From Candidatus Caldarchaeales archaeon (lineage in GTDB: Archaea > Thermoproteota > Nitrososphaeria_A > Caldarchaeales > Wolframiiraptoraceae): 64,000 nt of DNA. Both the position numbers and the translations under genes were made by a program. Location of the stretch: NCBI GenBank assembly GCA_039630055.1, contig JBCNVN010000002.1, positions 32,001 to 96,000 on the forward strand, written 5' to 3'. Below the pieces are notes generated by a model. The model was not told the DNA's origin and did no database searches. It saw nothing but the letters and a program-made list of their open reading frames with translations. Shown in pieces: positions 48,660 through 59,275 of the stretch (positions within the stretch are counted from its first letter, which is position 1; every line of letters starts with the position of its first letter).

Positions 48660-49796
48660 ATGAAGATCGCTGTAGTAGGTGGAGGAATAAGCGGGCTCTC
48701 CATAGCCTACAATCTAGCTTTGAGAAATGCTGGAGAGATACATGTATATGAAAAGAAGTGGATTACTTATGGATCGAGTACTAGGTCTGGAGCTAGATTC
48801 AGAGTACATTTCTGGAGAGAAGAAAATACAAAGTTTGCGATAGAATCGATTAAAAGGCTTGAGAAACTTGCGTCTAAGATGGCGTGGAATCCCATAATAC
48901 ATAGGGGAGGATATCTATGGTTACTCTCTAATGAATCCATGATTGATCAGTTTAAGAACGCCAATAATATGTGGGGTAGAATGGGTGTTCCAGGAATATT
49001 CCTAGATCCTGGAGAGCTTAGAGAAAGGTATCCCTATATCATGGTCGACGATATACTGTCTGCATTCTACGGTCCTCAGAATGGAAGCTATCATCACGAT
49101 TACGTCTGCTTTGGATATCATTCTCTCGCTAAGTCTCTGGGAGTACAATTTCATGAGATGACATCTGTAGATGAAGTATTAGTTGTAGGAAATAGAGTAA
49201 GTCAGATAAAGACTGATAAAGGATTAACAAACATAGATGTAGTGGTACTAGCTACAGAGGCTTGGACGAATATTCTACTCGATAAACTTGGAATATCACT
49301 ACCTACCGAGCCTTTGAGAAAAGAGGTCTGCCTCACCGAGCCATACCGTCATTTTATAGATCCCCTAATCATAGATACGGAATCCTCTGCATATGTTGGA
49401 CAGACTCTTAAGGGAGAGATCCTGGGATCTATAGATTACCCTACTCAGAGAGGTTTACTAGATATTAATGTGAGGTTTGAGCTGATGTCTGCATGGGCTA
49501 GAGCGATATCGAAGAGGATACCTATTCTAAGAAATTGTAGGATTATGAGGACTTGGGCAGGATACTATATGATGTCACTTGATGAGAGCCACATTATGGG
49601 TAGAGACCCTGAATGGCCTGAGGGACTATTCGTAGCATATGGATACAGTGGACATGGATTTATGATGGCTCCACTTGTCGGAGAACTGTTAGCAGAAAAC
49701 ATACTGACTGGGAGAATAGATGATCTTATGAGACCCTTTCTACCGACAAGATTCAAAGAGAACAAGCTAATAAAAGAGAGAATGGTAATAGGATAA
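48660..49796 (+). CDS. FAD-dependent oxidoreductase, sarcosine oxidase / proline dehydrogenase beta-like subunit
   Basis: VVGGGISG, GSSTRSG, RTWAGYY, GYSGHGFMMAP. Confidence 0.88.
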   Translation: MKIAVVGGGISGLSIAYNLALRNAGEIHVYEKKWITYGSSTRSGARFRVHFWREENTKFAIESIKRLEKLASKMAWNPIIHRGGYLWLLSNESMIDQFKNANNMWGRMGVPGIFLDPGELRERYPYIMVDDILSAFYGPQNGSYHHDYVCFGYHSLAKSLGVQFHEMTSVDEVLVVGNRVSQIKTDKGLTNIDVVVLATEAWTNILLDKLGISLPTEPLRKEVCLTEPYRHFIDPLIIDTESSAYVGQTLKGEILGSIDYPTQRGLLDINVRFELMSAWARAISKRIPILRNCRIMRTWAGYYMMSLDESHIMGRDPEWPEGLFVAYGYSGHGFMMAPLVGELLAENILTGRIDDLMRPFLPTRFKENKLIKERMVIG

Positions 49797-49844
49797 GAGT
49801 ATTAGGTTTTCATCATTACCTTCTTAAAACATTGAGCCAACGTA

Positions 49845-50903
49845 TCACAGTTTTGTCAATCCCAGCCTCTGCATTATATCCATAAGTTTCTCAATAAGCT
49901 CATTTACTCTTAAAACCTCTCTTATATTCCAGTAGACAAGTTTATCGGAGAGCATCTTCAAGGTTGATACTTCTCTCTTAATCTTTTCTAACTCTTCTTC
50001 ACTTGCAACGGCTACAACTTTCTGGACGGTGGGATCTTGAGAGGCCCTAACTAGATTTAGTATCATCCCATCTATGCTACCCTTAATCTGAACCTCGAAT
50101 ACATACCTTAGCTCTCCTAGATTGCCTATCTTCGCCGACCATACCAAGTCTACTTTTGCACCGTACGTCAACGGAACCTCCTTAAATGCATCAAAACCTA
50201 ATCCTCTTCCAATCCTCAGAAGCATATCAACAACTTCATCATGATCGAATACTTCTTCACCAGCATACTTTTCATCTTCCTCAACAAGCTCTAGAACATA
50301 GTATAAGAAGTAGTCTACATCCAGTAGGTCTGGATCTGTTAATCGTTCAGGATCTTTTAGGAGCATTACCAGTTCCTTTAAAATATCGATTATCGATACA
50401 TATTCTTCTCCAGTCAATTTATTCACTCTAAATTTATCGATCTGTGTTAATCCAAGTTTCACCAATGCTTCTTTAACTCTCCTATTCCATATACAGTATT
50501 CTCTTGGGTTGAAGTAAGAGAGCATCTCCGTCATCATAGCTATGCCGATACCTTTAATATTCTTACGGAATTCATCAAACCTCGCAGCTAGATCTCTATC
50601 AGAATATAACAGTTCACCCAGATAATGTTTCAATCGTCCTATTCCTCCAGCACCCTCTATCCAATAATCTACTAAGTATTCTTTTTTAGTCCACCGTGTA
50701 AAAGCGTAGAGATTGTTGGCTAGTATAAGAAGACTGCTTTTATCGAATTTTTCTAAGCCCTCCCTGGAGAGTATCTTCTTAACTTCAGCTTCATGTCTTC
50801 TCCTCTCTTCTTCGAATCTTAGACCTTCATCCTTATTTCTAAAATCGAGGTAAGCTTTCTTATACCTTAATACATTCTCAACAAAATTTTGAGGTAGGCT
50901 CAA
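49845..50903 (-). CDS. Hypothetical protein: HhH-like N-terminal region plus PD-(D/E)XK-like C-terminal nuclease domain
   Basis: IKGIGIAMMTEML (HhH-like); HDEV..ML..IG..LGFD..KE...KVDLVW...VFEVQ. Confidence 0.55.
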   Translation of the reverse strand: MSLPQNFVENVLRYKKAYLDFRNKDEGLRFEEERRRHEAEVKKILSREGLEKFDKSSLLILANNLYAFTRWTKKEYLVDYWIEGAGGIGRLKHYLGELLYSDRDLAARFDEFRKNIKGIGIAMMTEMLSYFNPREYCIWNRRVKEALVKLGLTQIDKFRVNKLTGEEYVSIIDILKELVMLLKDPERLTDPDLLDVDYFLYYVLELVEEDEKYAGEEVFDHDEVVDMLLRIGRGLGFDAFKEVPLTYGAKVDLVWSAKIGNLGELRYVFEVQIKGSIDGMILNLVRASQDPTVQKVVAVASEEELEKIKREVSTLKMLSDKLVYWNIREVLRVNELIEKLMDIMQRLGLTKL

Positions 50904-50953
50904 ACAAACACCAAAAGAATAAACTTTGCTATTTTATAAAAATATTTGCTTCT

Positions 50954-52351
50954 TTAAGTTATCAGTGGTGCCTGTATTGCGAGAAGTATAAGTGCTAGTG
51001 TCAGAGGTGGAAATGAGGCTAATGCTCCTGCTTTTATCCATTCTCTCAAGGTTATATGTGCGAGCCTCTGTTTCTCAACTATCCCTATAGCAACTATGTT
51101 AGCTGTACTCCCTATTACGGTCAAGTTTCCAAGATAGGTTGAGCCGAAGAGAGCCGCCCACCAGATTGGAGCGATGTTGATTCCCAGAGTCGCCATCTCC
51201 TGTAGAACTGCTATCCAAAAAGCAACAGCTAGAATATTGTCCATGATCGCCGACATAAATCCGATGATATATCCAACTATAAAGAGAAATATTGTTGGAT
51301 CCATCTCTGCTAGCAAGGCGATGTCTTTAGCTAATGAAGATGTTACACCTGTTAATTTTAGCGTTCCAACAGATGTGAAGAAGAGTAGGAAGAAGAGTAT
51401 CGTCCACCAGTCAACCCTTCTCTCTACAAGTTCTCTCGCTTTAACATTCTCGATCAAGATCGTTACTGCTGCACCAACCATAGGCACTCCTAGGAGCATC
51501 GTATTTTTCGGAAGATTTAAAACCATTTCAATCTGAGTATGGAGGACCAGCCCACCTATAACTCCTAAGAATAGGGCCGCCGCCACAGGATCTATCTTCT
51601 TCTGTGAATCTATCTCTAGACCGTTCACAGTCGTTTTTACAATCATCTGAGTCTTCATCTTCTCTTCAACCTCCTTCAAATACGGCTTAAAGTAAATCAT
51701 CATCAATCCCACTATCATCATTAATGCACAGATAGCTATCGGTGTAGACCATCTAAGAAAGTCTGAAAAACCGTATCCTGACTCGAACGCTATCATTACA
51801 CCTACTGGGTTACCGATTACTGTAGCACTACTACCTATATTTGTTGCAAAGACCGTCATTAACATGAGTGGAACAAGTGAGACTTCAAGTCTATATGCAA
51901 GGTTCACCACTATACCCATCATGAATAATATCGATGTAACTTCATCAACCATGGCGGCGAAGACCGCGGAGAGAATCATTAAGAGAATGATCGTCCTATA
52001 AGGCTTATCTCCTGAATACTGCATAAGTTTATCGACAAGTATCTCGAAGAACCTTCTCTCCTCTAAGAAACCTATAACTATCATCATACAGATGAGGAAA
52101 ACTACAACGTCTAAGTTAGCGTACTCTACGAAATATTTTAAATCTAATAAACCTGCTGCAAATAGTATGGATACACCGCCCAAGGCGAAGGCAAGTCTAA
52201 ATCTCCAAAACATTATGGCCCCGGCAATTATTGATGAGAAAGCGGTTAAAGATAAAGACTGGTTTAGAGTGAACCCTACCATCTGCGAAGAAAAAAGGAT
52301 GATTACTGGTATCGCTATGTAAGCTATAGTCTTCTTCATAAGTTCAAACAT
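50954..52351 (-). CDS. SLC13/ArsB/NhaD (ion transporter superfamily) permease
   Basis: SAVFAAMVDEVTS, TNIGSSATVIGNP, VDWWTILFF, GNLTVIGSTANI. Confidence 0.9.
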   Translation of the reverse strand: MFELMKKTIAYIAIPVIILFSSQMVGFTLNQSLSLTAFSSIIAGAIMFWRFRLAFALGGVSILFAAGLLDLKYFVEYANLDVVVFLICMMIVIGFLEERRFFEILVDKLMQYSGDKPYRTIILLMILSAVFAAMVDEVTSILFMMGIVVNLAYRLEVSLVPLMLMTVFATNIGSSATVIGNPVGVMIAFESGYGFSDFLRWSTPIAICALMMIVGLMMIYFKPYLKEVEEKMKTQMIVKTTVNGLEIDSQKKIDPVAAALFLGVIGGLVLHTQIEMVLNLPKNTMLLGVPMVGAAVTILIENVKARELVERRVDWWTILFFLLFFTSVGTLKLTGVTSSLAKDIALLAEMDPTIFLFIVGYIIGFMSAIMDNILAVAFWIAVLQEMATLGINIAPIWWAALFGSTYLGNLTVIGSTANIVAIGIVEKQRLAHITLREWIKAGALASFPPLTLALILLAIQAPLIT

Positions 52352-52372
52352 TATCGTCTCTCTATTAAATGT

Positions 52373-52618
52373 TTAATCTATCTTCGGCTTTGAGATTATC
52401 GTTAACAATCCATCCCTCTCATCAACGTATATCTCGTGATTAAGTTTTAGGAGTGTTCTGAAGACATTCTCCCATGGAAATTTATCTGGTTTAAGAACTC
52501 TTATAATCATGCCACCATACTCTGGTGCACATTCTCCCGAATCATCTATCAAAAGATCTATCACAATCTCAGGACAACAGATCGTATATTCCTTCCCACT
52601 TTTACTCTTAGTCTCCAT
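52373..52618 (-). CDS. Small hypothetical protein upstream of the permease
   Basis: 81-aa ORF with GTGG-type RBS, 21 bp before the permease start. Confidence 0.6.
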   Translation of the reverse strand: METKSKSGKEYTICCPEIVIDLLIDDSGECAPEYGGMIIRVLKPDKFPWENVFRTLLKLNHEIYVDERDGLLTIISKPKID

Positions 52619-52948
52619 CCCACCACTATCTCACACTATGATGATCTTAAAAGGATTTTCCTGTAAAAAATAAAGAGAATAATTATTATGTTTAAGGTAG
52701 AATTCGTGAAACTTACTATAACTTGCCCCGTTTAATTAGAAATAACATTGATGGAATGAATAAAAATATGAGATCTTCAAATCTGAACCGTTATACTATA
52801 TAATAGGTTAGGATGATTCAATACCTCAAGATACCTCATTCTTCATGTACAGTATTCATCTCTAAATTTTATAAGATGAAAATCATTATAAGTATATTAT
52901 AATCTGCTTTCTCTTAAGTATGAGAACTTGAAATTCACCTAGTCTATC

Positions 52949-53686
52949 CTAGCTCTTCTTTTCTCTTATCAAAGGCTCAAGCATCTTATGAAGCTCTTCA
53001 CTAGAGACTACAGTGTATTTTCTAGTTTTCACCGGTATAGTTACTAAACGTGCAGTCCATCCTTCTTCCAGTTTGTCTACAGAGTTTACCAAAGCTTTCA
53101 AAGCCAATTGCACCGCATCATCTAAACTGATATTCGAATGATAATTACTTTCTAAATATTCTTTAACTCTATCTGCACCTCTACCGATCGCCCAGGCAGC
53201 ATACTCTAGAACAAGTCCACTTGGTTCTGTGTAAAATACCCTTGGACCAGTCTTATCTACTCCACCGAAGAGTAGAGCTGCCCCGAAGGGTCTAACCCCA
53301 GCATGCTGAGTATATAGTTGCATAATATCTCCTATACGTTTGGCCACCGCTTCTACTGTCGGCTCCTCATCATATGAGAGTCTTAGGATTTGAGCATAGA
53401 CTCTGGCGTTGTCTACGAGGACACGGGCATCTGAATTCAGGCCTGCTGATACTGTTCCAATATGCTCGTCTATCTGGAAGAGCTTCCAGGAGAAGTTGGG
53501 GTTCTGTAACCTTGTATGCATTCTTTCTTCAACTGTTAATACTACACCCTCAGAGCATAGAAGTGCTATAGCTGTTGATCCAGATCTGACAGTCTCTAAA
53601 GCATATTCGACTTGGTATAGCCTACCCTGAGGAGAAAAGACCGTTATCGCTCTATCATATGCGCCGGCAATCCCTAACGCAGCCAA
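52949..53686 (-). CDS. psmA: Proteasome alpha subunit
   Basis: YDRAITVFSPQGRLYQVEYA, GVRPFG. Confidence 0.97.
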   Translation of the reverse strand: MAALGIAGAYDRAITVFSPQGRLYQVEYALETVRSGSTAIALLCSEGVVLTVEERMHTRLQNPNFSWKLFQIDEHIGTVSAGLNSDARVLVDNARVYAQILRLSYDEEPTVEAVAKRIGDIMQLYTQHAGVRPFGAALLFGGVDKTGPRVFYTEPSGLVLEYAAWAIGRGADRVKEYLESNYHSNISLDDAVQLALKALVNSVDKLEEGWTARLVTIPVKTRKYTVVSSEELHKMLEPLIREKKS

Positions 53687-53949
53687 TCCTCTAATCCACC
53701 CACTTATACCATTAATCTTTACTTAATAAAATTTACTAATTTCTATACGATATGGTCATCATCTAATGTTAATTAGAACCTACTCTAAACACCATCCACA
53801 AAGCCCATAAATAATTGGATAATTGAGACATCTATCGATAATCTTCTAGAGAGTTATGGTATAGATATAAGTTTGAACATTAGATAATGTGTATGTCTCT
53901 TCTGTTAGAAAACAAAATCTAAATATTGGGGTGGAGACCATATCTTTAG

Positions 53950-54186
53950 ATGGTCTCATGGTTTCTAATAATTGGTCTGCTGATGATATTGTTAGGATTT
54001 ATAATGGTCCTCTTCTCTAGAATCTTGAAAGATTCAGATACTAGAAGTGGAGGGATAGTTATAGTAGGACCTTTCCCTATAGTATTTGGAGGGAGAGGAT
54101 TAAAACCGATACTCATCTTCATGGTTATAACATTATTCTTACTAGTTCTAACATTAACACTTGCAGGAGTTTTAGGATATGTATGA
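53950..54186 (+). CDS. DUF131 family small membrane protein
   Basis: SGGIVIVGPFPIVFG. Confidence 0.8.
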   Translation: MVSWFLIIGLLMILLGFIMVLFSRILKDSDTRSGGIVIVGPFPIVFGGRGLKPILIFMVITLFLLVLTLTLAGVLGYV

Positions 54187-54436
54187 AGGGGGTTTACCAG
54201 AGACTTATAGAAGCATGCTGTTTTTCACAGGGATATTTTTAATATTCTTAGGATTGATTATAGCTCTCCTAGGACTGATCACATCAACAGATATAAGGTC
54301 GGGTGGTTTAATCTTAATCGGGCCAATACCTTTCTTCTTCTACTTAGAAGATCCATCTATAGCTATCTTAATAATCCTAATCTCATTTTTACTTATCTTC
54401 ACTTTCATCACCTACATGGTCTTTAGAAAGAGATAA
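54179..54436 (+). CDS. DUF131 family small membrane protein (second copy)
   Basis: SGGLILIGPIPF. Confidence 0.75.
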   Translation: MYEGGLPETYRSMLFFTGIFLIFLGLIIALLGLITSTDIRSGGLILIGPIPFFFYLEDPSIAILIILISFLLIFTFITYMVFRKR

Positions 54437-54487
54437 TAATGAAATGAAAAATCATTATATAGTGAGCTATAAGAGTCTATATGAAAG

Positions 54488-54697
54488 GTGGAGGGTTTGC
54501 GATTCTGCAGAGAATGTGGGTCGAAACTATTCTATGACAGAAACCTAAAAGAGTATGTATGCAGAAGCTGTGGCCTAACATATAGTTTTCAGGACCTAAT
54601 AGTTGAGGCCGAGAAGAACACTGTAGAAAATAGATCCAAGAGAGATGAGAAGAAGATTAGAAAAGAGTATCTAGAGTGGTGGTTATCAAAAAAGTAA
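54488..54697 (+). CDS. Small zinc-ribbon protein
   Basis: CRECG...CRSCG; C-terminal EYLEWWLSKK. Confidence 0.75.
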   Translation: MEGLRFCRECGSKLFYDRNLKEYVCRSCGLTYSFQDLIVEAEKNTVENRSKRDEKKIRKEYLEWWLSKK

Positions 54698-54707
54698 GTG
54701 GTGGTTT

Positions 54708-54998
54708 ATGGAGATAGTATTATTCGTGGAAGGAGGTAAGCTGAGAGAATTAGAGGAGAGATTGTTTAGGGATGAAGTCGTCTCTAGAGCCAATATAATC
54801 CTTAGAGATTCTCGTCCATTTAGAGAAGGTGGATTCTATGTTAGAGTTCTAGGATCGGAAGAGCAATGCAATAGAGCAAGAAACTTGACCCAAGAAATAG
54901 CGGAAGAAGTATTGGATAAGGAGAGAGAAGAAGTCTTAAAAGTTATAAAGGAAGAAGATGAAAGAATGTTATCAGGCTTTTCAAGTATATTCAGGTAA
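54708..54998 (+). CDS. Hypothetical protein
   Basis: 96-aa ORF with GTGGTGG RBS, in operon with the zinc-ribbon gene. Confidence 0.65.
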   Translation: MEIVLFVEGGKLRELEERLFRDEVVSRANIILRDSRPFREGGFYVRVLGSEEQCNRARNLTQEIAEEVLDKEREEVLKVIKEEDERMLSGFSSIFR

Positions 54999-55212
54999 TC
55001 TACAGAAGATTTAAGCCTTAAATCAATATATGAGCTAAAGATATCTCATTAGATCTTCCATATCTAGCATAAGCCTAGACTAGAATAGGGGATTGATAGA
55101 TGATATTGAAAACTTTAGACAGTTATGGAGAGAGAAAAATTCAAAATAAATCTTAAATAGAGTTCATTATGCATATCCAGTGAAGATTGAGTAGAAAGGT
55201 GGCTTCTCGAGG

Positions 55213-55974
55213 ATGTACACCATCTTTATAGTAGGCACAGCGGGTTCAGGAAAATCAACTCTTGCAGGTGCCTTCAGCGATTGGTTGAGGAGCCAAGAGC
55301 AATCAACACTCCTAGTAAACCTAGATCCTGCAGCATTAACTACTCCTTACGAGGCTGATATTGATGTTAGAGAGATGGTAGATTACGAGAGGATCATGAC
55401 AACTAAGAAGCTTGGGCCTAATGCTGCTCTAATAGCAACAGTTAGAGAGATAGTTAGACATATAGAAGAGCTGGCAGAAGAGGTAAACTCGCAGAGAGCC
55501 GACTTCATCTTGGTTGATACACCAGGTCAGCTTGAACTTTTTGCATATAGGAAAGAAGGTAGAATATTGACGAAATACATTGGTGGAGATAGGAAGATGA
55601 TGTTCTTTCTCCTCGACCCTATGTTCTGTGCAGTTACTAGAAATTTCGTAGCCAGCATGTTCCTAGCCTCATCGGTATACTTGACATTTCAGCTCCCGAT
55701 GATACAAGTCCTCAACAAGATCGATGCTGTCCCCAGAAAATTCATCGATAGGATCGATAGATGGAGCGATTCCCTAGAATCTCTAATAGTGGATATAGAG
55801 AATAGATCAAAAAAAGGCTTGATGTATCTCTCGAGAGATATAGCACAAGCAGTTCACTCTATCGCTTCCTGCATCCCCATAGTCCCAGTATCTTCTGTAA
55901 CCATGGAGGGTTTCCCAGAGCTACACGCTATGGTTACGAATATTGTAAGTGAGGGAGAGATGGAGTTGAGGTGA
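55213..55974 (+). CDS. GPN-loop GTPase
   Basis: GTAGSGKST, NLDPA, LGPNAA, DTPGQLE, NKID. Confidence 0.93.
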   Translation: MYTIFIVGTAGSGKSTLAGAFSDWLRSQEQSTLLVNLDPAALTTPYEADIDVREMVDYERIMTTKKLGPNAALIATVREIVRHIEELAEEVNSQRADFILVDTPGQLELFAYRKEGRILTKYIGGDRKMMFFLLDPMFCAVTRNFVASMFLASSVYLTFQLPMIQVLNKIDAVPRKFIDRIDRWSDSLESLIVDIENRSKKGLMYLSRDIAQAVHSIASCIPIVPVSSVTMEGFPELHAMVTNIVSEGEMELR

Positions 55975-55978
55975 TATA

Positions 55979-56857
55979 ATGAGCTTTGAAGAATTAGAGA
56001 ATAGGCTTTATGAATTACGTGAGAGACTTAAGAAGTTAAATTTAGAGATAAGCAATAAGCAATCTGAGATAAATGACTATGAATTAAAGAGAGATAATAT
56101 TCATGTTGAGATGAAGAAGTTTTCCGAGGAATTAAAAAAGCTTAAAGAAGAGCGGAAAGAATATTTCTCAAAGCTAGAAGAGATTAGAGAAGAACTAGAA
56201 AAGAAGAAGAATGAGCTTGAAGAGAAGAGGATAGAGTTTCTTAAGATAAGAGAAGAATTGAAGTCTCTAAGAAATGTTAGAGATGATGTCAAGGAGATTG
56301 AGAAGAAGCTTGAACAGCTGGATTGGATACTTCAGACGAAGCCACTTCCAAGAGATGATGAGAGGAGAATAAGTAGTGAAGTTGAAAAGATCCGTACAAC
56401 CCTATCGCTCGCAAGGAAAAAACAAGAATATACATTAAAGATGGATGAGTTAAGTTTAGAGATCAAAAATATAAAAGAGGAGATTAAGAAACTTAGGGAA
56501 GAGATTGGGAAGACTAAGGAGGAGGCTTCTGCCAAGATATTAGAGCCAACTAATTTACTAAGAGGGAAGCTTAAAGAATTGAAGGATAAAGCTGACCAGT
56601 GGCATAATAAGTACATAGAAGCAAAGAAGAGACTTCAGATGCTTGAGGCAGAGAAGATCCTCTTAACCTCACAGATAATTGAACTCCAGAATACTATTAA
56701 AAAAATTAGGGAAGAAGAAGACCTTAAAAAGATTATGATAATTAAAGAAAGGCTCAAGAATGAGGCGAGAGCTAAGCTTAGTTCCAAGAAGAAGATATCT
56801 TTCGAAGAATTGAAGATTCTCATCGAGGATGATGAATGGGGTATCTCGTCATTCTAG
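55979..56857 (+). CDS. Archaeal coiled-coil protein (COG1340-like)
   Basis: Heptad-rich E/K/L; LDWILQTKPL..DDERRI; C-terminal KKISFEELK. Confidence 0.75.
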   Translation: MSFEELENRLYELRERLKKLNLEISNKQSEINDYELKRDNIHVEMKKFSEELKKLKEERKEYFSKLEEIREELEKKKNELEEKRIEFLKIREELKSLRNVRDDVKEIEKKLEQLDWILQTKPLPRDDERRISSEVEKIRTTLSLARKKQEYTLKMDELSLEIKNIKEEIKKLREEIGKTKEEASAKILEPTNLLRGKLKELKDKADQWHNKYIEAKKRLQMLEAEKILLTSQIIELQNTIKKIREEEDLKKIMIIKERLKNEARAKLSSKKKISFEELKILIEDDEWGISSF

Positions 56858-57213
56858 ATGTAAATCTCAAATTTAAAAACATAATATCAATACTGATCTA
56901 ATTCTGGATATGAAAACTATCCAAAACATTATGAATAAGCTTACAAATATAGAAAACCTGTATGTTTCCATGTTAATGGCCAATAAACAGGTATTTTTAA
57001 AGATGAAAGGGGAATTTAAGAACATGTTTAGAATTTACCAGCTATCCATAGATATACTTAGGGTATTATATGTACCACGAATCTTCACACCGCTAGAACA
57101 CTATTGTTCTATCTTGTCTGTGGACAGGCTGACATATTAAGAAATAGTTAAAATAAGGTTAACCATTACAAAGTTTATCTTAAACCAAGTCTAACTATAA
57201 TTGGATAAGATAG

Positions 57214-58407
57214 ATGTCTTTACCGCATAGAAGATTGCTGATACTCGTCGTAGATAGGGATAACGATATCAAGAGAAAGACAGGCATCTCTACACCGCTA
57301 ATAGGTTTTGAAGAGAATCTTAAAGCAGCACAGTCGTTAGCATTACGCGATCCAGAAGATGCAGATGTAAATGCTATGTTTGGAGCGCTCAGAGTCTATA
57401 ATGAGCTTGTTGAGAAGCTCGGTAAGGAGAACATTGAGGTAGCGACATTAGCAGGTGAAGAAAGTGAAGGAATAGAGGCTGATACAAAAATAATGCATGA
57501 ACTAGAAGAAGTATTGAAGATTTTTCATGCTGATGGTGTCATATTTATAAGTGATGGTGTAACAGATGAATTCGTACTGCCAGTAGTATCCTCCCGTATA
57601 CCTGTGATATCTGTTAAGAGACTAGTCGTAAGACAGAGTGAATCAGTAGAAAGAACCTGGCTGATACTAGGAAGATATCTTAGACTAGCATTCTCAGAAC
57701 CCCGATATGCAAGAATTTTTCTCGGGATACCTGGATTAGTCTTTACAATCGTCGGCATACTATATCTATTGAATCTTGTATCCCTACCACTAATATTAAC
57801 AGCTGTAGGCTTAATTCTTATCTTTAGAGGGTTTAACATAGACCAGAAGCTTACAGGTATCTATACTTGGTTCATAAACATATTTAGGATGCCGCCATAC
57901 AAGCAGCTTAGAGCATTTGCAACATTCGTCTCGATAATCCTTATACTTTCAGGACTATACATCGGGTACATCTCAGTAATAAACACCATCACAACAATCT
58001 ATCCTAATCCTCCTGACCCTACTCTTTATACTTGGTGGTGGATCGATAAGGTGCCACTCATATTTGGGGTCTTCTTAACTGGCGGCATAGACATAATCTC
58101 TGCAGCTATACTTATCTCCGTATCTTCAAGTACAGTATACTATGTATTCATTAGGGATCAGAAGTTCTGGAGAACTATAAGGTCCATTATCTTGGCGATA
58201 TGGATGTGGGCGGTCTTTAAGAGGGCCGGTATTCTTATTGTTACAAGCATACTTGGACCTTTCGAAGAAACTCAGGTGATCTTATTGATTATAGTGGCGA
58301 TATTAGGGATTGTAACTATGGCTATAACATTAACAGTAACGAGACATCTCAGTAGAAGATATTCGGAATATTTTAAATTAAGAAAGGATAAAATACCTAT
58401 GGAATAG
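57214..58407 (+). CDS. DUF373 family membrane protein
   Basis: VVDRDNDI, DPEDADVNAMF, SDGVTDE, VVRQSESVE. Confidence 0.88.
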   Translation: MSLPHRRLLILVVDRDNDIKRKTGISTPLIGFEENLKAAQSLALRDPEDADVNAMFGALRVYNELVEKLGKENIEVATLAGEESEGIEADTKIMHELEEVLKIFHADGVIFISDGVTDEFVLPVVSSRIPVISVKRLVVRQSESVERTWLILGRYLRLAFSEPRYARIFLGIPGLVFTIVGILYLLNLVSLPLILTAVGLILIFRGFNIDQKLTGIYTWFINIFRMPPYKQLRAFATFVSIILILSGLYIGYISVINTITTIYPNPPDPTLYTWWWIDKVPLIFGVFLTGGIDIISAAILISVSSSTVYYVFIRDQKFWRTIRSIILAIWMWAVFKRAGILIVTSILGPFEETQVILLIIVAILGIVTMAITLTVTRHLSRRYSEYFKLRKDKIPME

Positions 58408-58486
58408 AATCCTAAGATTTAAAATTCTAAAAGATTAAAATAAGTTATAGATATATTGAGGAATCTTATATCGGAGAATAGAACGT

Positions 58487-59275
58487 ATGAGTTTGCTTAA
58501 GTGGATCCTAAAAATTTTCGGCATATACAAGATTTACGAGAAATGGCTATACGATAATATCAAGAATGGAGAGATACCATCTCATATAGCCTTAATACTT
58601 GACGGAAATAGGAGATGGGCGCTTGGGAGAGGGTTTAATCCCTGGGAAGGTCATAGATTTGGTGCAGAGAAAGTAGATGAACTGCTTAATTGGTGTCTTG
58701 AATTAGGGGTAAAGATAGTAACTCTGTACGTCTTCTCAACAGAGAATTTCAACCGTTCAGAAAAGGAATTAAAAGAATTGTTTGAACTTCTAGATAAGAA
58801 GTCTAAACAATATCTTAAAGATGATAGGATCCATAAGAATAAAGTCAAGATTAAGGTTATTGGGAGGAAGGAGATGCTCCCTGAATCTGTTAGGAATAGC
58901 CTTCGAGAGCTTGAAGAGGCAACAGTAAACTACGATAAATTTTTTGTAAATATAGCTGTAGCGTATGGTGGTAGAGCGGAGATAGTTGATGCAGCACGTA
59001 GTATAGCTCAGAAGGTTTTAGAAGGAGTGCTAAGACCTGAAGATATAGATGAAAAACTGATCGAGAGGCATCTTTACACATCTGATCTTCCAAAGAATGA
59101 TCCAGACCTAATAATTAGAACGTCGGGAGAAGAGAGGATAAGTAACTTCCTACTATGGCAGTGTGCATATAGTGAGTTGGTCTTTCTAGATGTATACTGG
59201 CCTGAATTTAGAAAGATAGACCTTATGCGTGCAATCAGAATATATCAGAAGAGACAGAGAAGGTTCGGAGCCTAG
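58487..59275 (+). CDS. uppS: cis-prenyltransferase (undecaprenyl diphosphate synthase family)
   Basis: HIALILDGNRRWA, FSTENFNRS, IIRTSGEERISNFLLWQ, RRFG. Confidence 0.96.
   Translation: MSLLKWILKIFGIYKIYEKWLYDNIKNGEIPSHIALILDGNRRWALGRGFNPWEGHRFGAEKVDELLNWCLELGVKIVTLYVFSTENFNRSEKELKELFELLDKKSKQYLKDDRIHKNKVKIKVIGRKEMLPESVRNSLRELEEATVNYDKFFVNIAVAYGGRAEIVDAARSIAQKVLEGVLRPEDIDEKLIERHLYTSDLPKNDPDLIIRTSGEERISNFLLWQCAYSELVFLDVYWPEFRKIDLMRAIRIYQKRQRRFGA

Noticed and set aside
56910-57140. 76-aa ORF in an AT-rich intergenic region
   Set aside because: No recognisable motif or RBS and atypical composition; probably spurious
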